From Octopus bimaculoides (lineage: Eukaryota), in NCBI RefSeq assembly GCF_001194135.2, contig NC_068992.1, positions 64,414,485 to 64,478,484 of the forward strand: a stretch of DNA of 64,000 nucleotides, written 5' to 3'. A program made the translations under genes and the position numbers. Every line of letters begins with the position of its first letter. Positions within the stretch are counted from its first letter, which is position 1. Below, piece after piece: positions 1-14,644 of the stretch. A model generated the notes under the pieces. The model had not been told where the DNA came from, did no database searches, and saw only the letters and a program-made list of their open reading frames with translations.

Positions 1-238
1 TACAATACTTTGTTAATGTTCATATTGTCATCATCTGTTTTGTATGCTGCCATTGGCTGAACAATTCAACAGGACCTAAGGAGCCAGGGAACTGTGTCAA
101 GTTCCAATGTCTGTTTTGACATAGTTTTTGTGGCTGGATGCCTTTCCTTAGATAATGCTCTACTATTCAGATAATGTATTATTTTGATAATGTCTTATAT
201 AATGACATGTGTTTCAAATCTTCTAATAACCACTTCAG

Positions 239-336
239 GTGCAGCAGCCCTCTCTGGAAGTGTAACGCGTACAATATCCACGTCTGTGATAGTATTTGAA
301 CTTACTGGTCAGATTAGCCATGTGTTGCCTGCTGTG
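239..336 (+). CDS. CLCN2: ClC exon, helices O-Q region (GAAALSG...VIVFELTGQ...LPAV)
   Basis: Acceptor ttcag|GT (phase 1); donor GTG|gtaagt at 337. Confidence 0.95.
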
Positions 337-1445
337 GTAAGTTGTTACTTTTATTATTACCTCTGCCTTAGCCTGATAGTTGTAAGTGAGTGTCACTGTT
401 GTACAAGCAGTGTTGTCCATTTCCAATCTTCTGTAAAAACATCTTTGGTCATGGGGAAATATTAACTTGCTAAGAAAGAGGTGAATGTTGGCAACAGGAA
501 GGACATCCAGCTGTGAAAAATCTGCCTCTGTAAACTTCGTTTGACCCATGCAAGTTTGGAAAAGTGGCCATTAAAATGATGATGATGATGATGATGATAG
601 AATAAAGTACACTTGTCATGGCTGACATGTTACCATTTTTTATCTTGCAGGTTGCTGTATTGATTGCCAATGCAGTTGCACATTTTTTGCAGCCTTCCTT
701 CTATGACAGTATCATTCGGTTAAAAAGGCTGCCCTATCTTCCTGACCTCATCAACACTAAACAAGAGTAAGTATTTTCTTGAGTTTCGCTATTTTACTTC
801 CTCTCCATTTTTTCCTTCTTCTTCAAAAAATTATTTCTTAATTTTCAGTTATAGATGTTTCCATGCCAAGTCTTAAAAATTGCATTTGAAACAAATTGTT
901 TAGAATTCTGGTTAACCCGGTTTTGAAATTCGTCAATAGTAGCATTGGCTTTTAGTCATTAGAACTGAATTCGTAAAGTGGTAGGACATAATTTGAAAAC
1001 ATAACTGTTTTAAATAATAATGCCTACATTATTATTATTATTTTATGTTTGACTTTTGCTTTGCATTTGTACAAGTTGGATCCAAGTCTCACCCAGAGAC
1101 CTCAACAGACAAGTTAGAAGTTCATGTAGGTGTTATGCCTAGGGTACCATATATTTCGATTTGTACATAGTGTTGTTCTAGAGAATGTTTAAGAAACCAT
1201 AAGAAAATTATGTGTTTATTTTAAAATTTGAGATCACATAGACAGTATTTTACGTAGGATATGGGCAGTTCCCATGAGCACTATCTTTTGAACTTCAGCC
1301 ATTTTGGGGTTTCCTGGTATCTGAGCTAGGTAGTAATCAGCCCGATTCGCTGTCATTCCCAGGGCACCTATGACAATAGGTATTGTTTTAGTCTTCAGGT
1401 TCCACATTTTGCTAATTTCTATTTCAAGATCTTTATATTTGCTCA

Positions 1446-1506
<61 letters not shown>

Positions 1507-3552
1507 GAGTTGGCAAGCTTTCACTTGTAGCAAATAAAAATTTCCCTACCATTCCCTATTTTGAGGAATCTTCGTTTGTTGACTCAAGATAGAAGTGGTA
1601 CAGCATGAATAAACATTGAGGATGGTAGAAACAACTGGTCAAGAGTCACACCATCTGACTCAACACAGCCTATGCTGTTGTGTGGGAGTTTTGTTGGCCA
1701 CATTGGTGGGTAACCACAGGCAACTCTTGTGTCACAGCAGAAGGGGCCAAAACACCTATAGAGCTGTTTCATCTCTTAAAGGGACATCAACTCTTGTATT
1801 TAGAAATGGAGTAAAGCAAAGCCTTCAGCGCACAAATGTTTACCCTAAAAATGTCTGTTGTTTTCCTTTTATTTCTGTTATTTTTTTCTTAATCTAGTGC
1901 TTGGACTGTATTTGTTGAAGACATCATGATAAAAGATATCAGTTATATCACATTCGTATCGACATATTACGATCTGCAGGAGTTACTCACTAACTCATCC
2001 TTCAAATCTTACCCACTTGTGGATACTCCTGGTAAGTAACCAGACTCCTTTGTGTCGATCCTTGGTTTGGTTTGTGATGACTATAGCAACATCAGCATTG
2101 CTCTTATTGTACACACACACACACACACAAAATCATGCACACACACACACGCACACGCACACACACACACACACAAAAACACATCAAAGTACACTGAAAC
2201 TTGTGACCACTGTCCACTCATACGGTAATGTCAATGCATGCACCTGTATATGAATGCATTGAACAGGGGCTGTGTGTTGTGTTCTTGAGCAAGACACTTT
2301 ATTTCACATTGCTCCAGTTCACCAAGTTGTAGAAATGAGTTGTGATTCACTGGTGCGAAACTGTATTGGCCCCTTTGCCTTTCCCTTGGATAACATCGGT
2401 GGCATGGAGAGGGGGAGGCTGGTATGCATGGGTGATAGCTGGACTTCCATAAATAACCTTGCCCAGATTTGTGCTTTGGAGGGGAACTTTCTAGGTGCAA
2501 TCCTATGGGTATTCATGGTTGAAGGGGGTCTTTACCCATTACCCTTTTTTACACAGATAGATGCAGGCATGGCTGTGTGGTTGTAAAGCTTGCTTCCCAA
2601 CCATGTGGTCTTGGGTTCAGTTCCACTGCTTGCCACCTTGGGCAAGTGTCTTCTACTATAACTTCGGGCTAACCAAAGCCTTGTGAGTGGATTTGGCAGG
2701 TGGAAACTGTGTGGAATCCTGTTGTGTGTACATATGTATGTGTGTGTGTTTGTGTGCTTCCTTGTCTTGACATCGTGTGACAGTTTTAAAAGAGTATCAC
2801 CATCATTCAAGTGGTATTTGTTTCCTGTCTTCCATGGATAATATGTCTGGTCATGGGTGAAATATTACCTTGCTTGGAAATGGGTGAGGGTGTGTAACAG
2901 GAAAGGCATCCAGCTATAGAAAATTTGCCTCAGTAAACTCAGTCTCACCCATGCAAGCATAGAAAAGTGGATTTTAAAACGATGATTACAATGAGAAACA
3001 AAATATCTGTTATGCCTTTAAAAAAAAAAATCTCATTTAATTTCATAAAATTTTTTTTGCAGAATCAATGATTCTTCTTGGTTCCATTCAACGATTTGAG
3101 TTGGAACGGTTGCTATGGTTACATCTAAGCAGCAACCAGACTTTGCTGAATGATCGGAAACCATCGTCGCATACGCTCTCCCCTCCACCGTCTCCAGGGA
3201 GGTTTAGAAAAACATCCTCACCGTCAATCGTTCGCAAAAATTCCTCAGCAAAGTTGCCACAGCCAATACCACGGTTTGTGGTGACCAAAGTAGATGAGAC
3301 TGGAACTGAATTTGATGGAAATCTTGATGAACAAGACACCATTCCAGCGGAACCAGAACGGAAAGAAATGAAACAGAAGCTGCACCATAGTTTAGTAAGT
3401 TGTGCAAGAATTTCATATGTATCTATATTTATGTACATGTGTGAGGTGTGTGTGTGTGTAATGCACGCATACGCATATTGACATATATAATACATACACA
3501 AACATATACATATTTACATGTGTGTGTGTATACATGTATGTATATATTCATA

Positions 3553-3622
<70 letters not shown>

Positions 3623-5210
3623 CTTCCCAGATTTCAAACTGATCAAACTGTCCAGCCCATGGACAACAGACATTAAACGATGATGATGATGATATACATA
3701 CATACACACACATGCACATATCAAGATATATAAATACATACATACAAGCATACATATGTGTGTGTGTGTGTGAACACGTGTGTGTATATGCACATATCAT
3801 CATATATGAATGTATGCACACACACACACTCACACACAACATATGTATGTGTGCATGCAATGTTAAAACTGAGTTCAACAAAGTGCTTTTTGAAATAGTT
3901 GTATGCTGTCAACTTAATGTGACAGTCCCATGAAGGGAATAATACTACTGTTGGTTAGACCTAGGAAGCTGCACCGCTTCCTGTCGGCCTTGACACATTT
4001 CCTGTTCTTTTTACAAAGTGTCCTCTCCATTATGTCCCAGAGATGTTCAATAGGGTTTATATCTGGTGACTGGCTTGGCCATGGAAGCTTTTTAATGCCA
4101 TTCTCATCCAACAAATCTTGGGTCATTTTAGCCATGTGACAAGGAGCTCCATCTTCCATAAATAAAGAGTCTTCTTTAATCATTTCACCACTGGAGAAGA
4201 TTGGAAGGAGTTCTTTCTGCAATATGGACACATATCAACCTGAGTTTATGTTTCCCTCTCACTCCACCAGCTCTGATCAACTATTGCTCCAAATTGCTCC
4301 CCAAACTGCAATCTTTTCACATCAAATTCTTGACCACAGAATCACCAGACCCCCACTTGATCACTGTCAGAAAATACAGCAAATCTGGATTTATCAGAGA
4401 ATATGATTGTCCCAAAATGCTAGTGGCCTTTCCACCATCTCACTGGCCCAATATTTTCTCTGCTTGATGTTGGCTAGTCGAAGAAGTAGCTTCCTTCTTG
4501 CTGCTCTGCCATTGTAACTAAGTTTGTGGAGATACCTGGTAGCTGTTCTGGGACTGACATCAACTTGTTCTGCTATGTCAGAGGCCTTGCAACGAAGATT
4601 ATCCGCCACACTTCTCTTAGCAAAGAGAAGGGTCCTGTCAGAGGGCCCTGGTTGATTTGTGCACAATCACTCTATTAACTGTTGAAAGTGGAATCCCAAG
4701 GTTTTCTGTGATTTTACGATGACTAAGTCCACCTTCAGAATGACCCACAATACAGCCACTTCGAAATTCAGACAGTTCCAAGACTTCTTTTGTATATGGC
4801 ATTATTAAACAGTCACATATAGAACCTGAAACATAGACATGTTGATTAATAAAAGATATAAACCTTTATAAGTTCGAATAAACATAAAACGATGTTTTAT
4901 GGAGTGTATATTTACTTCTGTCATGTCTGTGTATGTATAATTATAAGTATATATATGTGTCTGTATGCATGTGTATATATATATGTATATATATATAATG
5001 ATGACATATAGGTGAGGGTGCATGGCCTAGTGGTTAGGTGCTGCCTTCAAGATTGTGAGATGATGGTTTTAATTCCTGGACCAAGTGCTGCATTCTATTC
5101 TTGCACAAAACATTTCATGTAACATTGTACTGTGATGTCAACATCTGACATGTGGTACACTATTCCCTATACAAAAAATGTTGATTTGATGGAGGGAGTA
5201 CTGCACAGAC

Positions 5211-5284
<74 letters not shown>

Positions 5285-8200
5285 ACAAGTGAGAAGGGAT
5301 CCAGGAATCCCGATGGTTACCTCAGGCAGTATTCCTGTAAACACTGGCTGTCCAGTTGTTAAGGAAAGAGAATTTCTTCAGTAGAAACATTAGTTTCACA
5401 CAAACAGAAAATCTGGATGTTTAACATCAGTCATGAAGTATAAATAACAATTGAAGACCGAAAGTGTTAGTATTACATTTATATTATAAATAATATGTGA
5501 CAACAGTAAAAATGTAAGAAATGTTCTAAATCTAAGCACTTTATGGATGTGAAACCCAAAATAATCCCACAGGCTGGCTATAAGTATCTTTATCTAAATA
5601 CACCATGAAGAATGGAGTTGTCACATATTATTTATAATATAAATGTAATACTAACACTTTCAGTCTTCAATTCTTATTTATACTTCATGTACCTCCTGTA
5701 CCTACACCTTAGAACCATCATGGTATCTGATGTGGCTTTTTAAACCAGGCAATGTTTTGGAAAGACACCCACATAGATTGCATATCCGATTTGGGCCACC
5801 AAGAGCTGCAGATAAGTTCTGGTCTTATAAACATATGCATGCACATATGCACCTGTGCAGATGAACTGAAATGATTCAAATATATGAAAGCTGTAGGCTG
5901 TGAAAATTAATTATAAGAATGACGATCGCATTCGTTATATATTCTGTGTGTAAAAGATATATATAATGCATGTTTGAGAAATCAATACCAGTAACTAATT
6001 CAATTAGCTATGTTGATTGGTTGGAATTGCCGCTGCAAATAGCTCTAATATTTTTTCTATTATTGTCCACCATTTGTTACCAACATATTACCATATATGC
6101 TATATCTACATATATACACACATATACATATATACACTATATATACTAGTGTCTCACCGATTTCAGCCCTCATCTGGACAATATGTACGTAACCTTGTTC
6201 TATTATGCTTTATAATTTTTTTTTAAAGTAAATTTCTGCTTGACAATAGCTAAACATATATATATATATATATATATATANNNNNNNNNNNNNNNNNNNN
6301 NNNNNNNNNNNNNNNNNNNNNNNNNNNNNNNNNNNNNNNNNNNNNNNNNNNNNNNNNNNNNNNNNNNNNNNNNNNNNNNNNNNNNNNNNNNNNNNNNNNN
6401 NNNNNNNNNNNNNNNNNNNNNNNNNNNNNNNNNNNNNNNNNNNNNNNNNNNNNNNNNNNNNNNNNNNNNNNNNNNNNNNNNNNNNNNNNNNNNNNNNNNN
6501 NNNNNNNNNNNNNNNNNNNNNNNNNNNNNNNNNNNNNNNNNNNNNNNNNNNNNNNNNNNNNNNNNNNNNNNNNNNNNNNNNNNNNNNNNNNNNNNNNNNN
6601 NNNNNNNNNNNNNNNNNNNNNNNNNNNNNNNNNNNNNNNNNNNNNNNNNNNNNNNNNNNNNNNNNNNNNNNNNNNNNNNNNNNNNNNNNNNNNNNNNNNN
6701 NNNNNNNNNNNNNNNNNNNNNNNNNNNNNNNNNNNNNGGGAAACAAAAGAGTGCATAATTGGCCATCTCCTGGCTTTTAGAATAACTCGGTGTAATTCTC
6801 TGCAAAGTTTCAGGACGGGCATCTGGTTGTAAAAAAAAAAAAAAAAGAAAAAACTGCTGGACAAAGTCTCATTCAGTCCCTGCATAAAAAATGCAGATGT
6901 AACAATGATGATAGTAATGATGGTGATGATGGTGGTGGTGTTTGCTGCTGCCACCACCACCACCACCACCACCACCATTGTCATACATGTTTCAGGGAGT
7001 GAAGTTACAAGTGAAAATGTTTTTTTACTTGTAAACAAGGATGAAGGAAACAAGCATTAGAAGACATTAGCCATTTAAAAACACACAAAAACTGTTAGCT
7101 TCACTTTAACCATTATTATTTGGGGGTCAAAATTTTTATCACACTGACCAAGTCATGGTGCAACGAAAATTTTGACTCCAAATAATAAATGTGTAAGTAA
7201 AGTTAACTGAGTTTTTGAACGGTTAATATATATATTTTCCATGATGTAATTGTAATAATAAAATTAGTGTCTGGGAAACTGAAAATTTTAATGCATTATA
7301 ATTATATCTAATCAGAATTGGTCCAGTTTTAAAAAAATAATTGCTGCTGGTTTCTGTCAACCAAATTTTATTTATAAGGCTTTGACCAACCTGAGGCCAT
7401 AGTAAGAAGAGACTCACCAAAGATGCTGCATAGTGGGCTTGAACCTGAGGCTACATAGTTATGAAGCTACATACTTAACCACATAGCCATGCCTAAATCC
7501 TGTTTCTGTGTTGTTATTAAAGATGTCAAAGTCACTCTCTTTGGTGTGAGTCACTCAGCAAAGAAGAGACCCATGGAATTCTTGTTGTTTCAAATGAGAA
7601 TTTGTTAGAATTTTAATATTTTTCCTTCCAATGAATCTCTGTGTGAATGTGAATTTTATTTTCTTGTTCAGAAGAAAAAACAGAAAACCACAGTCACTTG
7701 TTGTGAAGAGATAGACGAGGTATATCTATAAGCACAAAATCACTGTCAGCACATATACACATACAGTCCACTATGTATGCACATATACACACACATATTT
7801 ATGTACTTGCACATGCCCATATGCATACAGCTACATACCCATATGCATACAGCTACATACACAACCACATCGATGATAACTCGCTGGTTCACCATTACCA
7901 TCTTCGAGCTTGTTGAATCTTCTCGTCATTGGTGGCAGTTGATGGGTGTCCTGCTCCCTCTTCATACTTCACGCTTGTCCGGCTTATTTTAAACTTCTTG
8001 ATCCAGTCATACACACTTCTTCGCACTAGTGCACTGTCCCTGTATTATGTTAAAAGCCTCTGATAAATTTCAGCACCTGATACAAGACCTTCCGACCAGA
8101 GAAACTGGATCACAGATCTTTGTTCTCTTTTAGTGCACATTCCTAGAGGAGGGGGCCATGCTTACACTGTAAAGCCAGACAGAAAAGTGGCACTGTCAAC

Positions 8201-9695
8201 CTCAAACTTCAATCACTTGACCACAATAGTACCAACTATAAGCACACATGCACAAAAGGCAGTGTGACAGTAATAAAGATATGTTATGGCGAAAGTGTGG
8301 ACAATATTTGGCTTCCCCTTGTATATATATTCTTTTATTTGTTTCAGCCATTTGACTGCAGCCATGCTGGAGCACTGCCTTGAAGTGTTTATTGTTGAAC
8401 AAATTGACCCCAGGGTTTATTTTTAAGCCAAGTACTTATTCTATCAGGCACCTTGCCAAATAGCTAGGTTACGGGGATGTAAACACACCAGCACTGGTTG
8501 TCAAGCAATGATGGGGGGGGNNNNNNNNNNNNNNNNNNNNNNNNNNNNNNNNNNNNNNNNNNNNNNNNNNNNNNNNNNNNNNNNNNNNNNNNNNNNNNNN
8601 NNNNNNNNNNNNNNNNNNNNNNNNNNNNNNNNNNNNNNNNNNNNNNNNNNNNNNNNNNNNNNNNNNNNNNNNNNNNNNNNNNNNNNNNNNNNNNNNNNNN
8701 NNNNNNNNNNNNNNNNNNNNNNNNNNNNNNNNNNNNNNNNNNNNNNNNNNNNNNNNNNNNNNNNNNNNNNNNNNNNNNNNNNNNNNNNNNNNNNNNNNNN
8801 NNNNNNNNNNNNNNNNNNNNNNNNNNNNNNNNNNNNNNNNNNNNNNNNNNNNNNNNNNNNNNNNNNNNNNNNNNNNNNNNNNNNNNNNNNNNNNNNNNNN
8901 NNNNNNNNNNNNNNNNNNNNNNNNNNNNNNNNNNNNNNNNNNNNNNNNNNNNNNNNNNNNNNNNNNNNNNNNNNNNNNNNNNNNNNNNNNNNNNNNNNNN
9001 NNNNNNNNNNNNNNNNNNNNNNNNNNNNNNNNNNNNNNNNNNNNNNNNNNNNNNNNNNNNNNNNNNNNNNNNNNNNNNNNNNNNNNNNNNNNNNNNNNNN
9101 NNNNNNNNNNNNNNNNNNNNNNNNNNNNNNNNNNNNNNNNNNNNNNNNNNNNNNNNNNNNNNNNNNNNNNNNNNNNNNNNNNNNNNNNNNNNNNNNNNNN
9201 NNNNNNNNNNNNNNNNNNNATATATATATATATATATATATATATAGTGTACTGTTCCATGGTGGTAAGATCAACAAAAATGTACTCCATCTGGTGGGAG
9301 ATAAATATTACATAACAAACACAGTATATATTTTTATGAGCTACTAATAGTTTCATGCGGTGAAAGCAACTCAGTATTTTATAACGCATCCTGTGCCTTC
9401 ATGCAATTCTCAGGCTCTTTCCACATGGCATAACAAGCTATAACAGATGTTATAGCTTTTTATGCCATGTGGTCAGAGTCTGAGGATTGCATGAAGGCAC
9501 CAGACTGAGTTGTTTGTGTCACATGAAACTATTAGTAGCTCATAAAATAGTATATACTATGTTTATTATATGTGTGTGTGTGTGTGTGTGTTAAATAAAA
9601 TGAGACAACAAAACCAAGGCAGTGTGAAATTTCTAGGACATTTATAAAGAGAAAGGTAGTTTTACAGCTATATATATAATGTGTGAGTGTATGTC

Positions 9696-9747
<52 letters not shown>

Positions 9748-9776
9748 TATATCACACNNNNNNNNNNTAATGTGCA

Positions 9777-9812
<36 letters not shown>

Positions 9813-10346
9813 AATTTGTGTTTCACACATTTGGCTTGATATTAATCTAAGTTGTTGTCGCTTGCTTTTTACAGCTTCATAGTTATTTAGAAAGTGCACA
9901 TCTATATCTTGGTTCCTTTAGGTATCACCTCCCCATTTTAAAAGACTGCCTCCTGGACTAAGGCCTAGCAGCTTTAAAAGAAAGCGCAATGTTTCTTTCC
10001 TCAAATCGGTAAAGTTTGGGCTTTTATATGATGCACGTCATTCTTGACCCTTTGATAGTAATTTTTTTCCTTCCTTCCCTTTTTCCCATCTTAAATTCCT
10101 TTGTTTGTGGCTACACAAAGCTTCCTCTTTCTGGAAAAGACTAAAAAAAAAGAAATCACTGATATGAATCTTCCTCTTTTTTTTAACTTCCAATGAATTT
10201 CATAAAAACACTTTTCTTCCAGATAAGCAACAGGTATTTCAGAACCCAGTATTTGTTGTGCTTGCTTGAAACCCCAGAGTTATATAAAAATTAACGTAAA
10301 CAAACAAACAAAAAAAATACAGGTACATGAAGACATTTTGTGCTTG

Positions 10347-10402
<56 letters not shown>

Positions 10403-13400
10403 TATGTATGTGCATACACACAGAGAGATACACTCATGTGCACGTGCATGCATGCGCACACACACACACACAACACACTTCTTCTCCATAATGTTTTCCA
10501 TGAATTCAACTTCTCTTCAAAGCATGATTCAGAAACTGTTTCTTAAATGCTGTTATTTGGTCTTCAAAACGGTCTTGTCTATATGCATATATATATATAT
10601 ATATATATATATTTCGCTTTCCTATTAATTTTTTTTTTTTTAATTAATGCCCTCTGTGGATGTATTTATTTGAGAAAGCTTTGTTCTCCGTTTTTGATTA
10701 CTAATTGCTAATTATTTTTTTTCAAATTCTATTTTTCTGGAATGTAAAGGACATGAAATTGCATCCCTGTAAACCATGAAATCATCCATGAATGTATCAG
10801 CCAACAAGCTCAGACATTCAACTAACCTGACATGGTTTTGATGTTTTAACTTTGGAAGTAATTTCTATTGTAGTACAGCACAAAACTAAATGTTTATGAC
10901 TTGACTATCACCTGGAGCAATTTTATGCCAACATTCAACTGTTTAAAGGCAGTTAACTGGCAGAATTGTTATTAAAATGCTTAATGACATTTCCTCCATC
11001 TTTATGTTCTGAGTTCAAATTCTGTCAAGGGTGACTTTGCCTTTTGGAGTTGATAAAATAAGTACCAGTTGAGCACTGGGGTTGCTGGTCTTGTGCCAAA
11101 ATCTGAAATCAAAATTCAACTGTTCTATGAATTTCCAAGCACAACCATGACAACTATTTTCTCTTTTGGCACTACAGTAGGTTTATTTGCCTAACAGAAA
11201 ACAATTTATAGATTTGCATTACTGATTAATCATTCAAAAATTATGCTTCACCCCCACTTTAATCCTTAAACTGTGAAATTAAATTTCATGGTTATTCAAG
11301 TTAATGATGTTAATTATCTACCAAAGAATAGAATTGGTATTTTCTGCAAGCCACATTTATCTCAATAAACTTGACATATCCCAACAAGAAATAGTTTCAA
11401 ACATGACATTCCTCAACAAAAGATAAATTGCTTTCTTGTTATTGAGGGAAATGAGACTTTGAGTGAATGTATCTGCTTTTCACAGTAAATGTGTACAGCT
11501 TATATGAGTTGCATATGCATTCATCCATCCCTTGACAGCATGGGAAAATGAATGAAAAACAAATGTGGTAGATATTTCTTGCAGAAAAAAATCTGTAAGA
11601 ATATTCAGATCAGCTTTAAATTTAAACTTTAATAGAATTATTAGTTGATCTCTTTCTCTCTCTTTCTTGCATTCCCCTCTCTCTATTTGTTATATTACTT
11701 TCTAAAGAACTCCAGTTGTTGATTGTAGTCTTAAACCTTATTTAGTAATACTTTTGACTTCAATTGCTGGAATTTAAATATTCTTCCCAGAAATATCTTG
11801 GAGCTATTCCAATTCATTTTCATTGACCAATTTATATATAATTTTTATATGATTGATATATAATCTACTTATAGTTGATGCATAACCTATAAGTTATCTC
11901 TATATCATAGATATATAATCTATAGTTGATATAGATTTCAGGCACTTCAAATGACTGATATTATTGGAGTTATCTCTTTTAGTTGGAATAGGTCTTTTTT
12001 TTCCCCTTTTATAAGACTTTAAGCCCCTGCCCCACTCCACTCAGGGCATATTTCTGCCTACCAACTGCATGAATAATTTCAATTAATTAAAACTTTTACA
12101 ATGCACTGCATCACATATGTGAAACATTACCATGTGTATGTGTGTATATATAGTCACTCCCCTGAGTCACTTTCCTTCAGTCTCATTACCGATTAATCTC
12201 TGATAGTGGTTTAAATGATCCTGATATTGAAATTTTCTAACAGGGATTTAACAGAACTAGAAACCTTATTTTTCCCTAGCTTCAATTAGTCTGTCTGTCT
12301 GTCTAAATTTTTCTTATATCAGAAACAAAATGATTCACTGAAATATTTCCAGATTCCCAAGGATTACTTGTGATATTTTGCATGTCACTTGCAATGCTCT
12401 GTCTATCAACCTAAACTGATATTTCAATAATTTCTATTTCAGTTTTCCCCCTCCCCTCAATTCCCACATATAAACATCCCTCTCCCCTGCCTACCTGCAA
12501 AAGGAATGACTTCTTTTTTGAATGGTGTGTTATTATTCTTTCCTTTTTTCTCTTTTCTCCTGCCTTGCTCTTTGAAGCAATGAACCATATTCTTGCAGCT
12601 AATGAAGAGCATGTACCTATTCTGCATTGCTCACAGAAAATGATAAAAGAAAAAAAAATTCAATATGTCTCTAATTAATAAATATTTAAATCAGTTTATC
12701 AACCCAAGTTGTATAATAATGTATCTATATTAACATGTTTTGTTTCTCCGTTGAATGCTCTGGCTATTAATTCAAATTGTTTGTATTTACAAGAGAGAAT
12801 AAAAACAAAAAAGCATTTCCCTCTCTTCCAATTCTGAATCAAAAATATTGTGAGACATAAATATTAGTTTCTGATTTAGTATATTGCATTTAAATTTTGA
12901 TGCTTTTTCTGAAATATTCACACTCATGAGTTGTGGTTATTGCCATGCAAATGGCACCCATGAATCGTAGTCGTGGTTGCTGCCAGTACCATGTAAACAG
13001 CACCCACCCATGGATTGTAGTTGTGGTTGGTATCATGTAAATGGCACCTAAAAGCACCCATTATATGCCTGGAGTGGTTAGCGTTAGGAAGGGCATCCAG
13101 CTGTAGAAACCATGCCAAATCAGGCTGGATCCTGGTGCACCTCTCCAGCTCAACAGCTTCAGTCAAACCATCTAACCCATGCCATCATGGAGAGCAGACG
13201 TTAAACAATGATGATGATGATGATAATTTGCTCTAAAAAAATCTTGATAGTTTCTACAAAATGAAGACACTAAATCCTTTGCCTGTCCTCAGCATTTTTG
13301 TAAGTTTGTCCAAAACGTCTATGTTTGTTTTCAGACTTTCAGCTAACCCTTGTCTCACTACATTCTGAGTAATATAAAGCTCTCCTTTCATAAGTTCCAA

Positions 13401-14601
13401 GTTATTCTGATGGTTGAAAAAAAAAACTGGTAATATGTATCATAAATGATGCATATACACCAGGGAAATATGCCTTTTGTATCACATATAATAGACAGGA
13501 TCAGGGGTTCTCAACCTATGAACCCCTTTGATTACTATTTCATTCTGGTGGACCCCCATAAACATTCGATGTTTAAAAACTAGTTTTATAGAGACTTCTT
13601 TCAAAATCCCTATTTTGTTTTTCACACATTGACTTGTGTAGGTTGAACTCTGTAAAATGTTAGAGAAAGGACCCTAGCTGTTTCTTGCAATGCATACCAA
13701 TACGAGATACATCTAAAGAAAAATTTGTTCAGGGGCCCTTAAAATACTATTGTGGATCCCCAGTTTACGATTTTGTTACTTGAACCCCCAAAAATCTTAT
13801 ATGGACCCTGGTTGAGAAGCACTGAGTTAAATAAAACAAAAATAACTCCATTTTAATCTAGTCCATCATAAATTGGTTATTTCGATTTATTATTGTTATT
13901 ATTATTATTATTATTATTGTGCCTATTGTAGAAAGGATTATCATTATTATTATTATTATTATTTAAGGTGGCCAGCTGACAGAATTTTAGCACGCTGGAC
14001 AAAATGCTTAGCAGTATTTCACCCTTGCTATGTTCTAAGTTCAAATTCCACCAAGGTTGACTTTGCCTTTCATCCTTTCAGGGTTAATAAATTAAGAGCC
14101 AGTTGTGTACTGGGGTCGATCTAATCGACTGGCTCTCTCTCCTCCAAAATTTAGGCCTTGTGCATTTAGTAGAAAGGATTATTATTATTGTTATTGTTGT
14201 ACTTATTACAAATCTGTTATTATTCTGATCTTCTTACATTTTTCTTTCTACCCGTTTTTCATTTTCTCCCCCCCACCCTGATATTGCCTCTTCCAAGTTA
14301 CTTTCCCATTTTATCCTTCTACTTACACTCTACCCTTTGTTATACTCTGAATGCATTCTTAACATATCCGCTCTTTACTCAATCTAAGCCTCAGACCCTC
14401 TAAAAATTACTCCGTAGATTTTACACATCTGGTTGTCCCGCCCTAGTTGTCGCCCCATTTGTTATCTACTACTCATCTACTTAACTCATTTGCTTATTGA
14501 TTTTTTCTTTATTCTTTAATGTGCAAATTAATTAATAATTTAAATTATTATCACTATATCTAAAAGTTAATATTTATTAATAATATTATTATCATCATTC
14601 A

Positions 14602-14644
<43 letters not shown>

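Noticed and set aside
239-766. Channel versus antiporter assignment from the gating and proton glutamates
   Set aside because: Those residues lie upstream of the window. The channel-branch call rests only on ClC-1/2-like C-terminal motifs.
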